In this document: in pieces, positions 1 through 8,845 of the stretch
Numbering within the stretch: the first letter of the stretch is position 1
Layout of the letters: each line of letters opens with the position of its first letter
Source of the DNA: an uncultured Dehalococcoidia bacterium
GTDB lineage: Bacteria > Chloroflexota > Dehalococcoidia > SZUA-161 > SpSt-899
Assembly (NCBI GenBank): GCA_964634125.1
Contig: CAZWIP010000001.1
Span: 1-59,979, forward strand
Direction of reading: 5' to 3'
Length of the DNA: 59,979 nt
Translations under genes and position numbers: made by a program
Notes under the pieces: generated by a model
Told to the model about the DNA's origin: nothing
Seen by the model: the letters and a program-made list of their open reading frames with translations, nothing else
Database searches by the model: none

Positions 1-32
1 AAGAGCAAGTTTATAAAAGTGTCCTTTAACTT

Positions 33-515
33 ATGTCTTTAAAGTGTCCCATTTTTGCTGAAGGTGGACATGTGAAGTTACAGTATTTCGATGAATTCTC
101 ACAACGGACAGTAACAACCGAACAATCGATTTCCGGAGAGATGGCAGCCAACATGTCCGGCTACGATCCTACCTGGGACCTGGAAGTGCTTCGTAACGTA
201 ACCATTCAAAATACCGCGGAAGGAATGCGTGAAATCGATCGTCTCTTTGATCAAGGACAATATGAAACTGCGTGGCGTCTGGCGATCGAACTGGAACAGC
301 AACTTACTGAAGTTGCACGGCTGACTGGTGATAGTCAAATGATCGAAGATGCGGAATTAATGCAGAAATACCAACAAACACTGGCCGATGCCGTCTGGCA
401 CACTCAAGACCGAGCCCCTCGTTTGGGTGATACCACAACGCCTTCTTATGATGGGCAACGGCCCTATCGAGGCGAGACACCCACACCAGATCTACCGGAG
501 GTGGAGGTTCGTTAG
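33..515 (+). CDS. hypothetical protein (160 aa)
   Basis: Complete ATG..TAG ORF with an in-frame stop at 27-29 upstream. The protein is acidic and Gln-rich, and I recognise no motif. A hairpin plus T-run follows at 635-662. Confidence 0.45.
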   Translation: MSLKCPIFAEGGHVKLQYFDEFSQRTVTTEQSISGEMAANMSGYDPTWDLEVLRNVTIQNTAEGMREIDRLFDQGQYETAWRLAIELEQQLTEVARLTGDSQMIEDAELMQKYQQTLADAVWHTQDRAPRLGDTTTPSYDGQRPYRGETPTPDLPEVEVR

Positions 516-634
516 TAAGTATCATTGGCAGGCTTCACAACTCCGTGGGTTTTGGCAATAGTACCACGTTACAATTAAGAAATTCAGTGATAAAACAAGA
601 ACCAATTGAAACTGCCTGCAACCGACTCACAAGA

Positions 635-662
635 GGGGGGCCTGCACTGCCCCCCTTTCTTA
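635..662 (+). terminator. candidate intrinsic terminator
   Basis: GGGGGGC (635-641) pairs with GCCCCCC (649-655) around the 7-nt loop CTGCACT. The sequence TTTCTTATT follows. It lies downstream of ORF 33-515. Confidence 0.5.
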
Positions 663-839
663 TTGGCGCAAAATAGCCTCCTAATAGTCAATGAAAAGTG
701 AAATTGATTGATCTACCCAGATCCGCCTGCTAAGATGCCCATCCAATTCAGTAGATTGACAACTTAAAAACGCCTTATTATACTACTATTATGATGATTT
801 TACTAATATTATAAATCGGTATTAGTATACCAGAATCGA

Positions 840-868
840 TTGCGAAGCGTTTGCGATCAGCCTATAAT
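840..868 (+). promoter_or_regulatory. sigma70-like promoter candidate for the 910-6249 gene string
   Basis: TTGCGA (840-845), a 17-nt spacer, then TATAAT (863-868), about 40 nt upstream of the GTG start at 910. A second candidate lies further upstream: TTGACA 756-761, 17 nt, TATACT 779-784. Confidence 0.4.
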
Positions 869-909
869 AGATTGGTGACTTTTCAAATCAAGAGCAAGGA
901 GGTAAATGC

Positions 910-1170
910 GTGGCAGTAAACATAGAAAAAGTTGACGGACTAGCTGAATTCATGGAAGAAAAAGGCGTCCGTGATGAAGACGTGCAGACGGTCATAGCGG
1001 AAGCTGAGGCTTCGGGAGACAAGTTGTACAAACCCGATACATCGGATTGTCTGGCCAAGTTCAGGTGCGGGGAATCATGGGTGTTTGTTGAGTACACCGC
1101 TCTGAGTGACGATAATTACAAGATTAATCGGGCCTACAGCATGAAGACGACCTTCGCGGAGGAAATATAG
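910..1170 (+). CDS. small hypothetical protein (86 aa)
   Basis: GTG start 7 nt after AGGAGG (897-902). It abuts the next ORF tightly, with stop TAG 1168-1170 and ATG at 1173. I recognise no motif. Confidence 0.6.
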   Translation: MAVNIEKVDGLAEFMEEKGVRDEDVQTVIAEAEASGDKLYKPDTSDCLAKFRCGESWVFVEYTALSDDNYKINRAYSMKTTFAEEI

Positions 1171-1172
1171 CT

Positions 1173-1364
1173 ATGGCTCAGTGGCATTGTAACAAGTGTA
1201 AAGTAGAAACAAACGAGCAAGAGATCGAGCTTGAATATATGGATATGCCGGGTTTCCAGATGGCCTTCGTTTGCCCCAGTTGCAATGGTAAATGGATTTC
1301 TCAAGAAGTGGTTTATGGCAACATAGTGCCCGGTGAGGAGGAACTGGAAGCCAAGCTGGAATAG
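1173..1364 (+). CDS. small Cys4 zinc-ribbon protein (63 aa)
   Basis: Two CxxC pairs (CNKC and CPSC) sit about 25 residues apart, typical of a rubredoxin or zinc-ribbon knuckle. GGAGGA at 1156-1161 precedes the ATG. Confidence 0.6.
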   Translation: MAQWHCNKCKVETNEQEIELEYMDMPGFQMAFVCPSCNGKWISQEVVYGNIVPGEEELEAKLE

Positions 1365-1386
1365 CTGGTTGTTGGTAATCCTTCCA

Positions 1387-2187
1387 ATGCAGGAATCAAG
1401 CAAAGCAACCAAGAATACCATCGCCAGGGCCTATGAATCGAGCCAGTTCAACGAAGCGTTGGATGAGGTGCTTCACCCCGGCGGACTGGAACTCACAGCA
1501 AGAGTAGCCGAAGTTGCCGAAATTAGTTCAGAATCGCGAGTTTTGGATATCTCATCAGGGCGAGGGACCACCGCATGCTTCCTCGCTCAGCAATTTGGAT
1601 GTCACATAACCGGGATTGATATTTCCCCCCTTTCAACTTCACTGGCAAGTCATAAAGCCGCTGTTCAAAATTTATCCCCACTGATTGACTTCCTTGCCGC
1701 CGATGCAGAGCAACTCCCTTTTGCGAATTGTTCGTTCGATGTCATTATTAGCGAATGTTCCTTTTCTTTGCAGATTGAGAAGCAGCGTGGCGCCGGGGAG
1801 ATTGCCAGAGTCCTGAAGACAGGAGGCAAGTTTGTTCTGACCGATGTTATGCTCAAATCCAACTTGAGTCAGGAGTTGAAGACGGATTTGACATTCAGTT
1901 GTTGTTTTTCCGGCGCCGAAACTCAAGCCGGATACTCACAGATTTTCACCGAGGCCGGACTGGAGGATATCCACTTTGAGGACCATTCCAAAGCGATGAA
2001 AAAGGTCACATATCAGGTGATAACTGGCTATGGATCACTTTCAGCTTTTTGGGAGCAGTTCGGTTCAAAAGTTGATTCTTGCTGTCCGGTAAGTGGGAAT
2101 ACATCCGGGTCCCGCAAACTCTGGTTACGCATGTTTCAGGAAGGAAAACCGGGATATGGGTTGCTTGCTTTCACCAAACCACAATAA
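1387..2187 (+). CDS. class I SAM-dependent methyltransferase, ArsM-like
   Basis: SAM motif I reads VLDISSGRGT. The blocks VIISECSFSL, RVLKTGGKFVLTDVM and SCCFSGA line up with recalled ArsM blocks VIISNCVINL, RVLKPGGRFAVSDVV and GC(V/L)AGA. A Cys-rich C-terminal tail (DSCCPVSG) is present. I placed the start at internal ATG 1387, because the ORF opens at 1333 and would overlap the upstream gene. Confidence 0.8.
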   Translation: MQESSKATKNTIARAYESSQFNEALDEVLHPGGLELTARVAEVAEISSESRVLDISSGRGTTACFLAQQFGCHITGIDISPLSTSLASHKAAVQNLSPLIDFLAADAEQLPFANCSFDVIISECSFSLQIEKQRGAGEIARVLKTGGKFVLTDVMLKSNLSQELKTDLTFSCCFSGAETQAGYSQIFTEAGLEDIHFEDHSKAMKKVTYQVITGYGSLSAFWEQFGSKVDSCCPVSGNTSGSRKLWLRMFQEGKPGYGLLAFTKPQ

Positions 2188-2198
2188 AACATGAAATA

Positions 2199-2295
2199 AC
2201 CACAGAGAACATAGAGGATCACGGAGATAGAGCATTTTAGAGAAAGATATAGGATCATTATTAAATACCTCTGCGTACTCAGCGTGCTCTGCGGT
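2199..2295. repeat. inverted-repeat element, family B copy 1 (CCACAGAGA..GAGGA..CAC.GAG arms)
   Basis: The left arm ACCACAGAGAACATAGAGGATCACGGAG (2199-) is an imperfect reverse complement of the right arm CTCTGCGTACTCAGCGTGCTCTGCGGT (-2295). By eye it matches the arm of the element at 38898-38984 at about 22/27 positions. Confidence 0.5.
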
Positions 2296-2303
2296 AAATC
2301 ACT

Positions 2304-3677
2304 ATGAAAGAAATTCTCGCCGAAACTAAAAGCCTTTGTCCTATATGCCTGAATGTCATCCCCGCTCAGAGAGTGCGGGAGGGGCAGGACGTGTTTGTGA
2401 AAAAAACGTGTTCCGATCATGGCAATTTCAAAGCGATCACATGGCGGGGAGAACCCGGTTATTTAGATTGGAACGTGGGAGTATTCGCGCCGGGGCCGAA
2501 GGTGAGATTGACGGAAAGTGTTAATGGCTGTCCCTACGATTGTGGAATTTGCCCTGAACACAAAGCTCAAAGTTGTACGATTCTGATGGAGGTCACCGAT
2601 CGGTGCAACTTGCAGTGTCCGGTATGTTTTGCCAGTTCGGAGAATTCATCAAGTATTGAGCCAGCTATTGATGAAATCAGGGGAATGCTGGAAACGGTAA
2701 TTGAAGCTGTCGATGCCTGCCCTCTTCAGTTGAGCGGTGGGGAACCAACGTTGCGAGAGGATCTCCCGGATATCATCTCTCTGGCCAAACAGATGGGGTT
2801 TCCTCATATTCAGATTAATACTCACGGCTTAAGGCTGGCAAACGATATTGAATACCTGGAGCGTTTGAGGGATGCCGGGGTGGATTTGATCTATCTCCAG
2901 TTTGATGGAACTTCCGATGACGTCTATCAAAAAATTCGTGGGGCAGATTTATTCGATTTGAAAGTGCGTGCCATTGAAAATTGTGCTGAGGCCAAAGTCG
3001 GAGTGCAACTGGTCCCAACGCTTATTCCCGGCATCAACGATCATCAGATTGGCGAGATAATACAATTTGCTCGCCAATACATCCCGATGATCAAAGGGGT
3101 TCATTTTCAGCCGGTTAGTTATTTTGGGAGATATCCGGTTGCTCCTGCTGATAAAGACCGAATCACTACACCGGATGTGCTCCGGGCTTTGGAAGAGCAG
3201 ACTGGCGGTGAAATCAAAGCCAGTAACTTTTTACCGCGTCGCCGACACGATTCTCACTGTGGCTTCTCCGGATTCTTTGTCCTCACTGAGGACGATAAGC
3301 TGGTCGCCACTACTGTTTTCAAACCGAGTCAGCCATCTGCTGCTGATTGTAATGAAACCGCTGGACGTGTCGATGAAGCAAGGCAACCATCCGAGCATGT
3401 GCGCAAGTTTATCACTGAAAAATCAAAGTATATCGAGCCTAATCCGGAACTGTTGGAGCAGCAACAGAAAGGCACATTGAAGAGGTTCCTGCAGAGGGCC
3501 AAAACCCATTTTCTCTCCATTTCCGGCATGCCGTTTCAAGATGCTTGGACTGTGGATTTGGAACGATTGCAGGGATGTTGCATCCATGTGATCACACGTG
3601 ATAAAAAACTGGTGCCGTTTTGCGCTCACTATATTACCAACGCCGATGGGAAAAGACTGCATGCAGTGCTGAAGTGA
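2304..3677 (+). CDS. radical SAM protein with N-terminal zinc-ribbon (COG1964 / MJ0619-like architecture)
   Basis: CX3CX2C motif in DRCNLQCPVCFA and a SAM-binding block LSGGEPTL. The N-terminus carries CPIC...CSDH (zinc-ribbon-like) plus a CPYDCGICPEH cysteine cluster. Confidence 0.9.
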   Translation: MKEILAETKSLCPICLNVIPAQRVREGQDVFVKKTCSDHGNFKAITWRGEPGYLDWNVGVFAPGPKVRLTESVNGCPYDCGICPEHKAQSCTILMEVTDRCNLQCPVCFASSENSSSIEPAIDEIRGMLETVIEAVDACPLQLSGGEPTLREDLPDIISLAKQMGFPHIQINTHGLRLANDIEYLERLRDAGVDLIYLQFDGTSDDVYQKIRGADLFDLKVRAIENCAEAKVGVQLVPTLIPGINDHQIGEIIQFARQYIPMIKGVHFQPVSYFGRYPVAPADKDRITTPDVLRALEEQTGGEIKASNFLPRRRHDSHCGFSGFFVLTEDDKLVATTVFKPSQPSAADCNETAGRVDEARQPSEHVRKFITEKSKYIEPNPELLEQQQKGTLKRFLQRAKTHFLSISGMPFQDAWTVDLERLQGCCIHVITRDKKLVPFCAHYITNADGKRLHAVLK

Positions 3678-3750
3678 ATTAGGAGAATATCCCCTCACTC
3701 TAACTCTCTCCCCTAAGGGGTGAGGGTGAAATCTGTTACGATAAAAAACA

Positions 3751-4902
3751 ATGACAGATAATCCCTTACACGACGGTTTCATTACCAATGAGGCGCTGGC
3801 CACTTTTAGAAGTCGCGTTGGCTCGAAGCTGCGCATAAAAAACATTTTCAACGAGTTAGCTTCTCAAGATGCGATTCGAAAGTTTTGCGATGGTATCGGT
3901 GATCCCAATCCTCTCTGGCGTGATGAGGAATATACTGGATCATCGCGTTATGGATCGCTGGTAGCGCCGCCTTCGTGGCTGGCCAGCGTATTCCCGACGT
4001 GGGTTCTTCAGGGCCTGCCCGGTGTCCATGCTTTCCAGACTAGCACTGACTGGGAATTCTATCTACCGGTAATGCTAAATGATCGCATCGTCCCTGAAAG
4101 CACGTTTGTTGATTTTCGAATAACCAATAGCAAATTTGCCGGCAAATCGATTCTGGAACGACAGGAGGCCCGATATTTCAATCAGGATGGCAATCTCGTG
4201 GCACGAGCCAGGGTTGCAGGGTTAAGAGCCGAAAGACCCTCCACCCGTGAGCAAGGCAAATATAACAGTATTCAATTGCCTCATCCGTGGACTGAAAAAG
4301 AGCTACGAGCTGTTGAAGATGAAGTGCTTGCTGAGGAAATTCGAGGTAGCAGCACTCGATATTGGGAAGATGTTGCGGTAGGAGAAAAACTGCCCCAGAT
4401 AGTAAGAGGTCCGTTGGGTCTCACTGATATAATCGCCTATTGTATTGGGGCTTCGCCTGTTCGGATACAGGCGCACGGTTTAGCGCTTCAAGAGTATCGC
4501 AAACATCCGGCCTGGTCTTTTCGAGATTCTGCCACTTATGCGTTGGAACCTATTTATGGCGTGCATTATAACAAAGCGGCTGCCAATTCAGCAGGGCTTC
4601 CGTATCCCTACGATACAGCAGTTCAGAGACATTGCTGGCTGATGCAACTGATGACGAACTGGATGGGTGATGATGGGTGGCTCAAGCGCAGCTTCGCCAA
4701 ATACCGCAATTTCGTCTACCTTTCCGATGTACTCTGGATTCGCGGGAAAGTGCTCTGTAAGTATATCGATGAAAACGGCGAACATTGCGTTGACATTAAA
4801 ACCACAGCCACTAATCAGAGAGGCGAGGAAGTCATGCCAGGCATTTCTACCGTGATCCTGCCATCGAGAGATAGCGGTGTTGGGCCTTTGGACATCAGAT
4901 AA
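3751..4902 (+). CDS. double hotdog-fold (MaoC-like / FAS1-like) acyl dehydratase
   Basis: The N-terminal half carries the GDPNPLW block typical of MaoC_dehydrat_N-type domains, and the C-terminal half is MaoC-like. At 383 aa it equals two hotdog units. The stop TAA directly abuts the next ATG (TAAATG). Confidence 0.8.
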   Translation: MTDNPLHDGFITNEALATFRSRVGSKLRIKNIFNELASQDAIRKFCDGIGDPNPLWRDEEYTGSSRYGSLVAPPSWLASVFPTWVLQGLPGVHAFQTSTDWEFYLPVMLNDRIVPESTFVDFRITNSKFAGKSILERQEARYFNQDGNLVARARVAGLRAERPSTREQGKYNSIQLPHPWTEKELRAVEDEVLAEEIRGSSTRYWEDVAVGEKLPQIVRGPLGLTDIIAYCIGASPVRIQAHGLALQEYRKHPAWSFRDSATYALEPIYGVHYNKAAANSAGLPYPYDTAVQRHCWLMQLMTNWMGDDGWLKRSFAKYRNFVYLSDVLWIRGKVLCKYIDENGEHCVDIKTTATNQRGEEVMPGISTVILPSRDSGVGPLDIR

Positions 4903-6249
4903 ATGAGCTTCGAAAACTGGATTCACGGCAAAATCAGCCAGGCTACAGGGAAAACCAACGTAACCCGAAGCGATATTGAAAGCTATCAGCTTCAGCGGTT
5001 AAACCATACGCTTCGTTACGCAAAGGTCAACAGCCCGTTTTATCGCGATCTGCTGGCTGACGTGTCTGAAATCAGTTCGCTGAAAGAATTGGTAAATATT
5101 CCCTTCACCAATCCGCTGGACCTGGAACAGAGCCCATACAAATTGTTGTGTGTTTCCACAGGAGGAATAGCCCGGGTCTTCAGTCATTTCACTACCGGTA
5201 CCATGTCCGGCAGACCCAAAAAGATATTCTTCACTTACAATGATGCGGATGCCATTGTCGATTCGATGGCGGCGATCATGGAGACCGTAATCGATGGTGT
5301 GGGATTGAAGATGAGCGGGTGTAAAGTTCACATTTTTCTGCCGAACAACGGTCCCCCAATGAGCATGGCCGGGCTTATTTCCAGAGGAGCTGAACAGATT
5401 GGCGGCATTCCGGTAGTCGGCGACTGTACCGCGATGACGCCGGATCAAATTGAGCAGATAGAAGAGACAAAACCCGATATGCTGATGGGTTCGGCATTTC
5501 GTATCTGGCGGATTACCCAGGAATCGAGAGGATCACATGATCTGGCAAAAATTGGAGTTAAAGCCGTTTTCGTCACGTCAGAATATCTTTCCAAAGCCAT
5601 GCGAGAGAGACTGGAAGAGTACTGGCAGGCAGAAGTATTTCATCATTACGGGATGACCGAACCCGGATTTGTCATCGGGATTGAATGTACCGCGCACGAC
5701 GGATTTCATTTCAATGAAACCCAACTCTTATTTGAAGTGGTCGACCCGGAAATCGGGCAGGTGTTGAAAGATGGCGAGGAAGGGGAACTGGTCTTTACTA
5801 CCCTGCAAAGAGACGGAATGCCATTGATTCGCTATCGGACGGGGGATGTTGCCTGTTTGTACCGGGAGCCTTGCGGGTGCGGAGCTTCAACATTGACGAA
5901 GATCGGAACATTACCAAAACGAGTAGGGTTAATCTTGAAAATCGGAGATGGTGAGCAAATATACACTTCGCTATTTGATGAGGTTCTCTATCAAATTCCC
6001 GAGTTGATTGATTATCGGATATTCATTGATAGAGATGGTGATATCGACACCTTGAATTGTAAGGTGGAAGTGCTGGGAAATCCTTCGGATATCGAGGAAA
6101 AGGTATCGCAGCAATTGCTTGCAATTTCGCCGGTTCAAAAGAGCGTACAAGCAGGTCTATTAGTAAACCCTGTGATCGAACTGGTTGAACGAGGGGTGTT
6201 GAGAAGGGGGGGGCGGAGAATGAAAAGAAGAATTGTGGATAACAGATAA
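4903..6249 (+). CDS. phenylacetate-CoA ligase / coenzyme F390 synthetase-like adenylate-forming enzyme
   Basis: It has the PaaK-type N-terminal helix region (QLQRLNHTLRYAKVNSPFYRD) and adenylation-core motifs HHYGMTE and RYRTGD. The length of 448 aa is typical of COG1541 proteins. Confidence 0.85.
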   Translation: MSFENWIHGKISQATGKTNVTRSDIESYQLQRLNHTLRYAKVNSPFYRDLLADVSEISSLKELVNIPFTNPLDLEQSPYKLLCVSTGGIARVFSHFTTGTMSGRPKKIFFTYNDADAIVDSMAAIMETVIDGVGLKMSGCKVHIFLPNNGPPMSMAGLISRGAEQIGGIPVVGDCTAMTPDQIEQIEETKPDMLMGSAFRIWRITQESRGSHDLAKIGVKAVFVTSEYLSKAMRERLEEYWQAEVFHHYGMTEPGFVIGIECTAHDGFHFNETQLLFEVVDPEIGQVLKDGEEGELVFTTLQRDGMPLIRYRTGDVACLYREPCGCGASTLTKIGTLPKRVGLILKIGDGEQIYTSLFDEVLYQIPELIDYRIFIDRDGDIDTLNCKVEVLGNPSDIEEKVSQQLLAISPVQKSVQAGLLVNPVIELVERGVLRRGGRRMKRRIVDNR

Positions 6250-6310
6250 ACCATGGAGTACGGAAGCTTGCTTCCGCAAATAAAGCGGCGCTTAACTGCC
6301 GCACTCCAAA

Positions 6311-7084
6311 TTATTTGGGCGATATTTGCGCGATCAACGCGGCGCCAAGGGCTCCCATGATCTGTGGCTCATCACCGACTATTATCTCCATTCCCAGTTC
6401 CTTTTGCAGGAAATGCTTTATACCAACATTCTTGGCCACACCGCCAGTGAATACAATCTTGTCCTTATAGCCAACTGTTTTCCCCATGATAATGACCCTT
6501 CGGGCAACCGCCCTGTGTATACCGGCCACAATATCTTCGCGGCTTACATTTTCGGCACGTAACGATACCATCTCCGATTCGGCAAAGATAGTACATGTAC
6601 TGGTAACAGTAGCTGGGTTCTGGCTTATGATTGCTTCAGGCCCCATCTCATCCAGGGTAAGTTCCAGCACGTTGGCCATCACTTCCAGGAATCTGCCGGT
6701 GCCTGCGGCGCACTTATCGTTCATCACAAAGTCGGCTACTGTCCCGTCTTCTCGCGGACCAATCACTTTGCTATCCTGTCCACCGATATCAATAATCGTT
6801 CTGGCATCCGGCATCAAATGATTTACCCCTTTGGCATGGCAGATGATCTCGCTGATTCCCCTATCAGAAAAAGACACCACATGTCGGGCATATCCTGTTG
6901 ACATTATTGCATCGAGGTCGGACATGGTAAGACCGGCTATTGACAGAGCATCCTCGGTCACTTTTAGGGCCGATTCCTGGACCTTGGATCCGGTTGGCAT
7001 GACCTTGTGGGCAATCATCTCGCCGTCTTTGACGATGGCGGTTTTGGCTGTAGCTGCACCAACATCAACTCCTGCTGTTAGCAT
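6311..7084 (-). CDS. 2-hydroxyacyl-CoA dehydratase activase (BadF/BadG/BcrA/BcrD-type ATPase, HgdC-like)
   Basis: ASKHA-fold phosphate motifs GVDVGAATAKTA and IDIGGQDSKVI are present. So are CAAGTGRFLE and STCTIFAESE, which hold the two Cys that ligate the bridging [4Fe-4S] cluster in HgdC-type activators. GGAGGA precedes the ATG. Confidence 0.9.
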   Translation of the reverse strand: MLTAGVDVGAATAKTAIVKDGEMIAHKVMPTGSKVQESALKVTEDALSIAGLTMSDLDAIMSTGYARHVVSFSDRGISEIICHAKGVNHLMPDARTIIDIGGQDSKVIGPREDGTVADFVMNDKCAAGTGRFLEVMANVLELTLDEMGPEAIISQNPATVTSTCTIFAESEMVSLRAENVSREDIVAGIHRAVARRVIIMGKTVGYKDKIVFTGGVAKNVGIKHFLQKELGMEIIVGDEPQIMGALGAALIAQISPK

Positions 7085-7093
7085 TGTCTAAAT

Positions 7094-7123
7094 CCTCCAT
7101 ATGGAGGCACGTTGCAACGTGCC
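7094..7123 (-). promoter_or_regulatory. two overlapping perfect palindromes covering the activase Shine-Dalgarno
   Basis: CCTCCATATGGAGG (7094-7107, 14 bp) contains the GGAGG SD of the activase gene. GGCACGTTGCAACGTGCC (7106-7123, 18 bp) overlaps it by 2 nt. Confidence 0.35.
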
Positions 7124-7175
7124 CCTACCTCAAATAAGGGATGAATTTTGGGGCAATCAAACACGATCATAGGCT

Positions 7176-7285
7176 GTCATTCTGAGGGAGCCTGGCGACC
7201 GAAGAAGCTCCTGGTTCAAACGAAAAGGTTCATCACATAAATTCTGCTTCAACATATCGAGATTCTTCACTTTGTTCAGAATGAC
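7176..7285. repeat. palindromic intergenic element, family A copy 1
   Basis: It runs GTCATTCTGAGGGAG...GAAGAAGCTCC ... GAGATTCTTCACTTTGTTCAGAATGAC. The termini are the same as in the copies at 15483-15557 and 16681-16756, but the centre is longer. Confidence 0.8.
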
Positions 7286-7335
7286 ACTCATTTTATTGTA
7301 GTGTTAATAACCTGATTATACACCCTATACATCAT

Positions 7336-7361
7336 CAGGGGCACGAATTACCGTGCCCCTG
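7336..7361 (-). other. GC-rich intercistronic hairpin
   Basis: CAGGGGCACG pairs with CGTGCCCCTG (10-bp stem) around the loop AATTAC. It lies about 70 nt downstream of the dehydratase large-subunit stop codon. Confidence 0.4.
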
Positions 7362-7432
7362 AGTTTTGAAACTTGCAAGTCGTATCAATCATTAAGTGAC
7401 TGACAACCGACAACTGACAGCTGATAAACTTA

Positions 7433-8845
7433 CTAAACCGCTGCCTTCATCTCCTTATTCATCTTGACCACTTCAGCAAATGATTCAAGCCTGGTCCTGA
7501 GCTGTTGCGCGCTGTAATTGCGGGTATCATATCCATCGGTTTCAAGCACGATGGCCGGAATTCCCAGCTCTTTTTGGATATCCAGTTTGGCCATAATTGG
7601 AGGAATAGCCCAGGGGCGACAGTTATAAGCATAAGAGATTATGGCCGCATCCATGTTGAAATCTCTGCAAAGCGTGTTCCAGTAATCCAGTGAAGCTGAA
7701 GCGGAGCAAAGCTGAGGTCTTCGATAAAGCCCCTCTGCAATCTTATCGAGCATATCAGTGTATTTGCTCTTGGTTAACTCTTGCGGACACAACCAGTCTA
7801 CAAATACTGTGGGAAGGCAAAGTCCGAGCTCTTCTATCATCCTGATTGGCATGACGTCAACGTTAGGTCTCAGTGCCAGATACACACGGGGAGCGCCTTT
7901 GGGGACAACGCCCTCACCAGCATCAATTTTTCTCTTTATCTCGCGAACCATTGTGGCGATAGCTTCAACTGCCTCAGTTCGATATTCGGTGGCAATAGCC
8001 CAGAGAAGATATGGCAGGTTCACGTTTGCCTGACTGATAGGTTGAGGATCAGCGGCGCCTATCATCCGGGTGATATTCTGCATGGCATATAGCCATTTAG
8101 CTACATACTTGAATCCTTCTTTTAGCTGCTCTTCGGTTGTCTCGAATCCGGCAATTTCCTTGACTCTCTCGAGTGCCAGCCGGATGGTATTTGCGCTGTA
8201 CTTCACGGCACGTTCGTCCAGATTTGGCCAGGAACCCCAATCCCAATCGTTAACGCCGTCAAGATAGAAGATCTCAAATCCGTAGATTTCGTGCATCATC
8301 TCTTCGGTTTCGGCTGCCTGATCGCAGAACCATCCGGAGCCTAATGCCAGATCGGGTTTCGGCAGGATTCCCATATCGATAGCGCCGGTATATATCTGAT
8401 ATTGTGCGCAGTGAGCCTTCCCAGCCGGTTGCCCTATAAGTTCGCCTCTTTCGAGAATGGGGGTCAGGATATCAAAAATAGTTCCGCCTACCATCCAGAA
8501 AATCTGAACCGGCATGCCTACCCATGCTTTGTCACCTGCCTCTTCCGCGGCATCCATCATAGCCAAGGCCATCTGCACCGGGAAAGGCCAGTTGCAGTTG
8601 ATCACATGATCATGTTCATCCCGGGCCAGTACCGCATCAACACAGCTGTTCATTAAAACCCAGAGGAACTTCTGCACCGATACCATATCAACGTCATAGC
8701 TTGCCGTGACGGTTTTTTCGGCATGCGCGATAGCAGCTTCGTTGTTTACCTGCAACCTTTCGAGGAATGTCTCGAGTCTGGCCCTCTGCTTTTCTATTTC
8801 CTCTTCGGTGTAGCCGCATATTTTAAAAAGATTGTCGTAATACAT
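7433..8845 (-). CDS. 2-hydroxyacyl-CoA dehydratase family protein, large component (HgdA/BcrC-like)
   Basis: 470 aa, paralogous over its full length to 23101-24501. It is translationally coupled to the upstream subunit by a TAATG overlap at 8843-8847. The operon also contains an HgdC-type activase. Confidence 0.9.
   Translation of the reverse strand: MYYDNLFKICGYTEEEIEKQRARLETFLERLQVNNEAAIAHAEKTVTASYDVDMVSVQKFLWVLMNSCVDAVLARDEHDHVINCNWPFPVQMALAMMDAAEEAGDKAWVGMPVQIFWMVGGTIFDILTPILERGELIGQPAGKAHCAQYQIYTGAIDMGILPKPDLALGSGWFCDQAAETEEMMHEIYGFEIFYLDGVNDWDWGSWPNLDERAVKYSANTIRLALERVKEIAGFETTEEQLKEGFKYVAKWLYAMQNITRMIGAADPQPISQANVNLPYLLWAIATEYRTEAVEAIATMVREIKRKIDAGEGVVPKGAPRVYLALRPNVDVMPIRMIEELGLCLPTVFVDWLCPQELTKSKYTDMLDKIAEGLYRRPQLCSASASLDYWNTLCRDFNMDAAIISYAYNCRPWAIPPIMAKLDIQKELGIPAIVLETDGYDTRNYSAQQLRTRLESFAEVVKMNKEMKAAV

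Noticed and set aside
3423-3851. 142-aa minus-strand ORF spanning the radical SAM 3' end, the spacer and the start of the hotdog gene
   Set aside because: It overlaps two supported plus-strand genes, and its middle is simply the translation of the GC-rich spacer repeat (..HPHPLGERVRVRG..).
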